Positions 26,661 through 32,035 of a DNA stretch of 32,035 bases are shown piece after piece. The notes under the pieces are model-generated. The model searched no databases, was not told the origin of the DNA, and worked only from the letters and a program-made list of their open reading frames with translations. Positions within the stretch are counted from its first letter, which is position 1, and each line of letters opens with the position of its first letter. The stretch spans positions 1 through 32,035 of the IMG/VR virus record IMGVR_UViG_3300042519_002505. One strand, 5' to 3'. The position numbers and the translations under genes are program-made. The DNA comes from a virus. Lineage: Duplodnaviria; Caudoviricetes.

Positions 26661-28178
26661 TTATTTTGCCTGTATTTCTACGCCTGCTGGCACAGCAGGT
26701 GCGCCTGGCGGTGGTGTAGGTTTACCTTCTTCAAATGCCACCTCTACATCAACACCTTTGTTGTGATACGGATAGGGTTCATGAGTGGGGGCTCGGCTTA
26801 CTATGCTTTGTAGAGCGCTGGGACTAACTTCCCAGCCATCACTGGTGCTGAATTTGGTATCATCAAACAGAGTTTTTATGATAGGCAATGCTGCCGTTAC
26901 TCGACCCGCTTTAGGGCCGTTCAAATCAATTGTGCCACCATCCAGCACCAATGCACCTGGTGTTCCCCATGATCCTGATGCACTGTTTAGTGTCAGTACA
27001 CCATCGGCTTTGACACCAATGGTACTGGTGCTGTACAAGGTAATGTCCTGTTGCGCTCGCAACGAAATAATGTTGTCACTTTCCAGTTGAAATTCATCAC
27101 TGGCTTTGGCTTTTATTGATCGGCCAGCATACATGTTGATATCTCGATCAGCGTGTAAATTAATATCACCTTTGGTGCGCACGTTTACTGAGTTGGTGGC
27201 ATACACATCCACTGTGCCCTCAACTCCAAACTCCAGCCAGGCTTGTCCATTGGCATGAGTAATGTAGAAGAAGTTGCCAGTATCACTCATGGTGATTTGA
27301 TGACCTTTTGAAGTTCTCAATCTGAACAAGGCATTGTCGCCGTCTAGATCGCCGTCATCCATCACAAGACTGTGTCCACCAACTCGCCCAATGACCTTGG
27401 CTTCGCTGGGTTTGATTTCTCCAGCATTTAGTTTGGTTCTAATGTCATTGGCATTCATGCCGCCCTGATAGATAGCAACACCTGGGGTACTAACACCAAA
27501 CACAGCACTAGGAGTTTCGCGCTGACTGCTGGAACGTATGGTACCACGTTCTAGATCATTGATCAGGCCTTGTTGAAATAGACTTTGTGCCAGATAGCTG
27601 TGTACAGGTTTGGGTTGATCAAAGAATCTAGGATCGTTGAAAATTTCATCGTTGAGTGTGTTGATTTCTGTAACTGGCAGTCTTGTTGCCTTGGCAAAAT
27701 ATGCTTCTTGATTCTCGTTGCCTGTGACATAACGGGTTGACGCTGCAATTGCTGGCACCATGTTGCCCAGGCCTTGTTCGGGAATCACTCCAATATAATA
27801 TCCTTGGCTACGATCGCCATTGACAAATATACATACCACTGTGATGCCCACGTCTGGTGGAGTAAACCACATGCCATAGCTGTTTTCATTGCCAGGATAG
27901 GCTCCTGCTGCGTCAGTGGTGCCACCTGTGGCTGGCAAAGGTGTTGATCCAAAGAATGGTGGCATGTAGCTGACCGTGGTCCAGTTGGTGTCATCGTCTT
28001 CGTTGGCAGGACCACCGTCGGCAAATGCTTCAATGTACACACGCAATCTTCCTGATCGTGTGGGATCCACAGTGCTCATTACCACACCAGTAAACGGACC
28101 AAATTCTGCGGGCATGCCGCCGCGGTCCAGTTTGTAATTGCTTGCCCGGCCTTTGACACGTGGTGTAATTTCTGACAT
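26661..28178 (-). CDS. Baseplate central spike, T4 gp5 / VgrG / gpV-like (505 aa)
   Basis: N-terminal OB-fold motif GVVMSTVDPTRSGRLRVYI...PPDVG..V.CIF.NGD...YYIG, followed by GHSLVMDD, RTSKGHQITMSD, a beta-helix region, IDLNG and C-terminal PTHEPYPYH. AAGGA RBS. Confidence 0.9.
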   Translation of the reverse strand: MSEITPRVKGRASNYKLDRGGMPAEFGPFTGVVMSTVDPTRSGRLRVYIEAFADGGPANEDDDTNWTTVSYMPPFFGSTPLPATGGTTDAAGAYPGNENSYGMWFTPPDVGITVVCIFVNGDRSQGYYIGVIPEQGLGNMVPAIAASTRYVTGNENQEAYFAKATRLPVTEINTLNDEIFNDPRFFDQPKPVHSYLAQSLFQQGLINDLERGTIRSSSQRETPSAVFGVSTPGVAIYQGGMNANDIRTKLNAGEIKPSEAKVIGRVGGHSLVMDDGDLDGDNALFRLRTSKGHQITMSDTGNFFYITHANGQAWLEFGVEGTVDVYATNSVNVRTKGDINLHADRDINMYAGRSIKAKASDEFQLESDNIISLRAQQDITLYSTSTIGVKADGVLTLNSASGSWGTPGALVLDGGTIDLNGPKAGRVTAALPIIKTLFDDTKFSTSDGWEVSPSALQSIVSRAPTHEPYPYHNKGVDVEVAFEEGKPTPPPGAPAVPAGVEIQAK

Positions 28179-28186
28179 GGTATTCC

Positions 28187-31100
28187 TTATTCCTCTTTGA
28201 CTATCTGCTGCGTTGACGGACCACCGGTTGAACCTGGCGCAGCGCTGCGGCGCGGCCCTATACCGGCTGCGGCCTGATTCAATTGTCCAACTATTTGTGT
28301 GACCGTCAAGTTTGTTTGTCCTGCCCCTACTCCTGGCAATTTTGGAGGACCATTTCCTATTGATTCAGCTACTGCACTGATAATTCCCCCAGTGCCACTG
28401 GTTGCTAATTGAGGCACGCCGGCTGGCAACAAGTTGACAGCAAGGCCTGGCAGTGCTCCTGGTTCAACTGTGGCTAGATTTGCAAATTGATTGGCCACGC
28501 CCACATTGTTGAGTGATCCTTTTGCTCCTAGTATTGCCGCTTGACCGCCGTCGGGACTAGTTAGCAGTCTAGGATCTTTGACCGCATAGTCGCTGCGGGC
28601 CTGCTGGGCAGCGCCCGGCGACAACCCAGCATCGCTGCCAGGAGTGGATGATGCCCCAGGTGCCATGTTTGCTCTTGCTTCTGCTTCTCCTGCATCACCG
28701 TCATTGGCACTGGTTGATGCATTTGCACCGGTACCAGCAGCAGCACTGGCGCTGGCACTGGAAGATGATTTAGGTTTGGGAAACAAGAACAATGTTCCTT
28801 CGACAGTTTGTTCAAATTTTCCACCTCTAAATTCGCTCAGGACCTTGACCGCATAGTATGTTCGGCTTTGTATTGCTTCTCTTGTGGTGTTGGTGTTACC
28901 AGAATATCCGCCTGAGTAAGGGTCTGCTAGACCAGTGTCTATGTTGTAGTCTTCGGGACGTTGCCATACCATTTCAAACAGCACATCGCCAGTTTCAAAA
29001 GAAATGCTGCCATCTGGTGCAAAACCTGTGAGTACTTCCACAGTGTTTTCGCCTTCTTTGATTTCCTTGAACAAACTGCCCTGCTGTATCCAGTCAGGGT
29101 CGCCAATTATTTTTACTTTGGTATTGGCTAGGTCTCCGGGACTGAACAAATATTCAGCTGCATTGGCAGCAGGTTCGTTGATTTTTCCTTCTTGACCTTG
29201 ACTGGTCTGATTGCTACGTGGAGCATAGTTGTATTTGGCAATGTCTGTTGCGCTGCTGGTAAACGCTGCTTTTTGCACAGCGGCTGCACTATTTTTTGGG
29301 TCATTGCCAGACACCGTGATTGAGTATAGAGCATTTAGTGTTTCTTGATATTCTAGTACTGCTGTGTTTTGTCCAGTGAACCAATAAGGGTATCGTTTGT
29401 GTATGCCGTTGAACTTGCTGGCTGGAAAATACTTGCTGTTGAGACTGGATGGAATAAAAGGTCTGACCACATACTTGATTTTGTAAGCATAATCGTTTCT
29501 CAACGGATCAATACCACCGGGCTGCGCCGTGGCAAACATTGTTATTATAAACCAAGACACTGGCTTGTTTCTAGAATTAGGATTGGGTATGGATGTGCCA
29601 TCCGGCTGTACTATAACCAGCTGTTGATTTGATATGTAACTGCTGTTGCGTATGGTAAGTTCTATGGCCTGCGTTATCATTTGTCCGGCAGTGATACTAA
29701 AACTCTGACTCACTGAGTCAACAGTGTTGGTGTCCTGTTTTAGACTTTGAGTATTTTTAGTAGCTGGCAGTGGCGCTCCTGTTTTCTTTTTGTCGTCCTT
29801 GACTTGACCAATTGGTTTCAGGGTTGCATCTGCAATTGCTGACGCAGGTACGCCCGGAATACCTTGAAATTCAATTGAGTATTCATCAGCAATTTTGAAT
29901 ATTCCCCGTTCAACCTGTGCTTTAGCGTATTCATTCATGGCACCCATGAGCCCTTGGGTGAGTGTTTTTTTGGCTGTGGGGGCTGCTGTGGCCTTAGGCG
30001 GCGCGGCGGCTTGACTTTGTCGATTGAGTCTGGCTGTTTCTGCGCGATCATAGGATCCGTCATCGGCTGCAGGAGTGGTGCTGGCGCCCGGATTATTGGC
30101 TGCAGGAGTAGTGGTCGAAAATTTAACATCAGATCCCAGTAGGCCCTGTACAGTACTATCCGTCAATTGCACATCGTACGGAACTGCGCCTCGGCCAGTC
30201 ATGCCGCCGGCATATATTCCATTTGGCACACAATCCCATTCGTAGGTGACCAATTTTGATCCAACTGACCAGTTGATACCAGCTATTTTAAAAGGTATAA
30301 ATTTTTCTATCACAGCCTTGGGATCACTTGTACCACTGACTTCACCCATGCTGCGTATAGGATAAACTATGTTGCCGCTTTCGTCGTAGCCGTAAAATCT
30401 TATCACAGTGAGATAATCAGCAGCAGTGTAGTTCACTTTGCCTGAGTTGGCTCCTTGTTGCAGATTTTCGCAGGCCTTGTAGAGTCTATCAATCAAGGTC
30501 ATGCCCCCTGGCTCAGCCACAGTTATTTTCATGCTGTTGGCCATTTGACTAGCACCTGTTGCCTTGCCCAAGGGCGTGGTCTCCAGTGTCAGAGCGTCAA
30601 TATAAAAATCATCGCCAAAAAATGGATTACGCCCACTATCCTGGTTGTTGGTGGCATTTGTGGTTGATCCCATTCCAGTTTTGACCCCGCCTACATTGAT
30701 GCCTGCGCCGCCGCTTTGAAACAACAAAAAGTATCCATCAATTTTTTTAATCTTGCTGCGCAGCAGTGTCTCGTATTGAGTGGGTGTTATCAAATAAACT
30801 GATATTGAATAGGAATAGCTGTGGTAATTGTCTAGAGGATTGGCACGGGGAACAATTTTGATGCTGGTATAATCTTGTGTTGCAGAAGTTTGAGTTGCTG
30901 CAGAGACCGGTCTGGCTGCATCATCTTTGGTGGGGGTGCCGGCCTCTGTTGCAATTTTGGGCTGTCCAGCTGGAGCAGCAGCTTGACCAGGTGCAGCAGC
31001 ACCGGGTGCCGCAACAGCCGAACCATTATTGCTGGCAGGACCTATTGCTTGTGTCTGTTCTGTGGTGCGCACAGGGGCATTGGTGCCTGAATCACCACCA

Positions 31101-31537
31101 CCGGAATCTGTTGTGGCTGTAGGTGTGGCATTTGAAGGCGTGGCAGTGTCCGGCGGCGGTGTTACTCTACCATTGGCAGCCACCTGCTGAGTTTCGGGTG
31201 CATTGGGTCCTTTGGCTGCATCATCAGAAGCAGTCTGGGCGGCTGTGGCCGGTGGGGCGGGCTGTGCTGCTGCTGCGGATTCTTCTTGTTTTGATTCATT
31301 TAGACTGGCCTCTGCTGTGTTCAATGTTGACAATGCATTGTTGATGGCATTTTGAGACACAAAGCTCGAAGATTTGAGACTGTCAATTTGTGATCTTGCC
31401 TCTTGCACTACAGCCAAAGCATTAGGTATTGATTCAGGCGTGGCTGGACCAGTTGATGCAATGCTACGAGATAGTTGCCTTGCTCTGTTAACTAGTGCCA
31501 GTATCTCGGGAGGTAACGGATCGCGACCAGTGGCCAT
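28187..31537 (-). CDS. Baseplate hub-like protein (T4 gp27 / P2 gpD-like) with long low-complexity N- and C-terminal extensions (1116 aa)
   Basis: Sits between the gp53-like gene and the spike. Hub-type motifs NPLDNY.SYSY, ITVAEPGG, VKIIGDPDWI and YYAVKVLSEFRGGKFEQTVEG. Confidence 0.65.
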   Translation of the reverse strand: MATGRDPLPPEILALVNRARQLSRSIASTGPATPESIPNALAVVQEARSQIDSLKSSSFVSQNAINNALSTLNTAEASLNESKQEESAAAAQPAPPATAAQTASDDAAKGPNAPETQQVAANGRVTPPPDTATPSNATPTATTDSGGGDSGTNAPVRTTEQTQAIGPASNNGSAVAAPGAAAPGQAAAPAGQPKIATEAGTPTKDDAARPVSAATQTSATQDYTSIKIVPRANPLDNYHSYSYSISVYLITPTQYETLLRSKIKKIDGYFLLFQSGGAGINVGGVKTGMGSTTNATNNQDSGRNPFFGDDFYIDALTLETTPLGKATGASQMANSMKITVAEPGGMTLIDRLYKACENLQQGANSGKVNYTAADYLTVIRFYGYDESGNIVYPIRSMGEVSGTSDPKAVIEKFIPFKIAGINWSVGSKLVTYEWDCVPNGIYAGGMTGRGAVPYDVQLTDSTVQGLLGSDVKFSTTTPAANNPGASTTPAADDGSYDRAETARLNRQSQAAAPPKATAAPTAKKTLTQGLMGAMNEYAKAQVERGIFKIADEYSIEFQGIPGVPASAIADATLKPIGQVKDDKKKTGAPLPATKNTQSLKQDTNTVDSVSQSFSITAGQMITQAIELTIRNSSYISNQQLVIVQPDGTSIPNPNSRNKPVSWFIITMFATAQPGGIDPLRNDYAYKIKYVVRPFIPSSLNSKYFPASKFNGIHKRYPYWFTGQNTAVLEYQETLNALYSITVSGNDPKNSAAAVQKAAFTSSATDIAKYNYAPRSNQTSQGQEGKINEPAANAAEYLFSPGDLANTKVKIIGDPDWIQQGSLFKEIKEGENTVEVLTGFAPDGSISFETGDVLFEMVWQRPEDYNIDTGLADPYSGGYSGNTNTTREAIQSRTYYAVKVLSEFRGGKFEQTVEGTLFLFPKPKSSSSASASAAAGTGANASTSANDGDAGEAEARANMAPGASSTPGSDAGLSPGAAQQARSDYAVKDPRLLTSPDGGQAAILGAKGSLNNVGVANQFANLATVEPGALPGLAVNLLPAGVPQLATSGTGGIISAVAESIGNGPPKLPGVGAGQTNLTVTQIVGQLNQAAAGIGPRRSAAPGSTGGPSTQQIVKEE

Positions 31538-31540
31538 GCG

Positions 31541-31843
31541 TTAGATCCCCAGGGCTGATTTTAGTGTGGGCATTTTTGGCAAAAAGATCTGCACACCAAC
31601 CACAAAGTCCAAGGGTGGTGCAGTCAGTGTGTTGGGATTTCGCTGATAAAATACCCACCATAATGCAGCGTTTTGATACAGGTCATAGGCCAACATGTCT
31701 GGTCTATACTGATAGGTGGTGTTGATGACAAATGTCAAGTCATCATCTTCTTTGGGTATGGGTCTATTGACCATGACATCAAGAAAAAATTGACTGTAGC
31801 CTGTTTCAAAATACGGGCTGGTGGAATCGTATGCAATTGCCAT
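31541..31843 (-). CDS. Baseplate wedge LysM-like protein, T4 gp53 / P2 gpX-like (100 aa)
   Basis: YQYRPDMLAYDLYQNAALWWVF..RNP...P..F..G..I.LP matches the gp53 LysM-like signature. Confidence 0.85.
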   Translation of the reverse strand: MAIAYDSTSPYFETGYSQFFLDVMVNRPIPKEDDDLTFVINTTYQYRPDMLAYDLYQNAALWWVFYQRNPNTLTAPPLDFVVGVQIFLPKMPTLKSALGI

Positions 31844-32034
31844 TACCAGAATCCTTTCTTGAGTAGATTGCCATTGGCAAATTCTTTGAGACTAAACTGT
31901 TTGCTGACTTGGCTGCGAGTTTGTACTGGTATTAGAGTGATATCAATTTCCATCTTGGTTGGCACATAGGTGCATTCGTTGGTGTTGTTTACACTACTGC
32001 GCAGGGCATTTGCAGCAGGCAGTTGCGGTATTGC
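31843..32034 (-). CDS. C-terminal fragment of an upstream structural gene, probably a tail-tube initiator / baseplate-tube junction protein (partial)
   Basis: Manual translation ...AIPQLPAANALRSSVNNTNECTYVPTKMEIDITLIPVQTRSQVSKQFSLKEFANGNLLKKGFW*. It has a TAATG overlap with the gp53-like gene. The function is inferred from position and the P....I.ITL motif. Confidence 0.6.
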   Translation of the reverse strand, partial: AIPQLPAANALRSSVNNTNECTYVPTKMEIDITLIPVQTRSQVSKQFSLKEFANGNLLKKGFW

Positions 32035-32035
32035 A

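Noticed and set aside
1-32035. Stop-codon reassignment (no called gene ends in TAG)
   Set aside because: Genes up to 15 kb read through intact under the standard code with near-complete coding density, so recoding is not needed. TAG is commonly rare in phages.
20808-32035. Interpretation as a bacterial eCIS, T6SS or tailocin locus
   Set aside because: T4-type gp6/gp53 signatures, T4-like late promoter motifs, phage fibres and the absence of host, membrane-complex or AAA-ATPase genes favour a lytic phage. Capsid genes are outside the window, so this is not proven.

Overview
The window is a gene-dense, entirely minus-strand fragment of a large contractile-tailed (myovirus-type, probably jumbo) bacteriophage. 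Read right to left, it holds a T4-like baseplate module: the partial end of a tube-initiator-like gene, a gp53-like LysM wedge protein, a 1116-aa hub-like protein, a gp5/VgrG-like spike, a 643-aa protein with a Gly/Ala-rich stretch and a possibly degenerate muramidase-like segment, gp25, gp6 and a 5005-aa multi-domain protein in the gp7 position. Next come a 49-aa ORF missed by the ORF track, a 201-aa structural protein and two Ser/Thr-rich tail-fibre genes. A TAAATA/TATAAATA late-promoter-like motif recurs upstream of four structural genes. After a rho-independent terminator, a near-consensus sigma70 promoter appears to drive a leaderless, translationally coupled operon with two paralogous GT-A glycosyltransferases flanked by small proteins; this operon runs off the left edge. 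The best candidate for a new system is a phage-encoded virion or tail-fibre glycosylation module. No rRNA, tRNA, CRISPR, transposase or integrase was seen. All family assignments come from motif recognition and gene order, not database searches.
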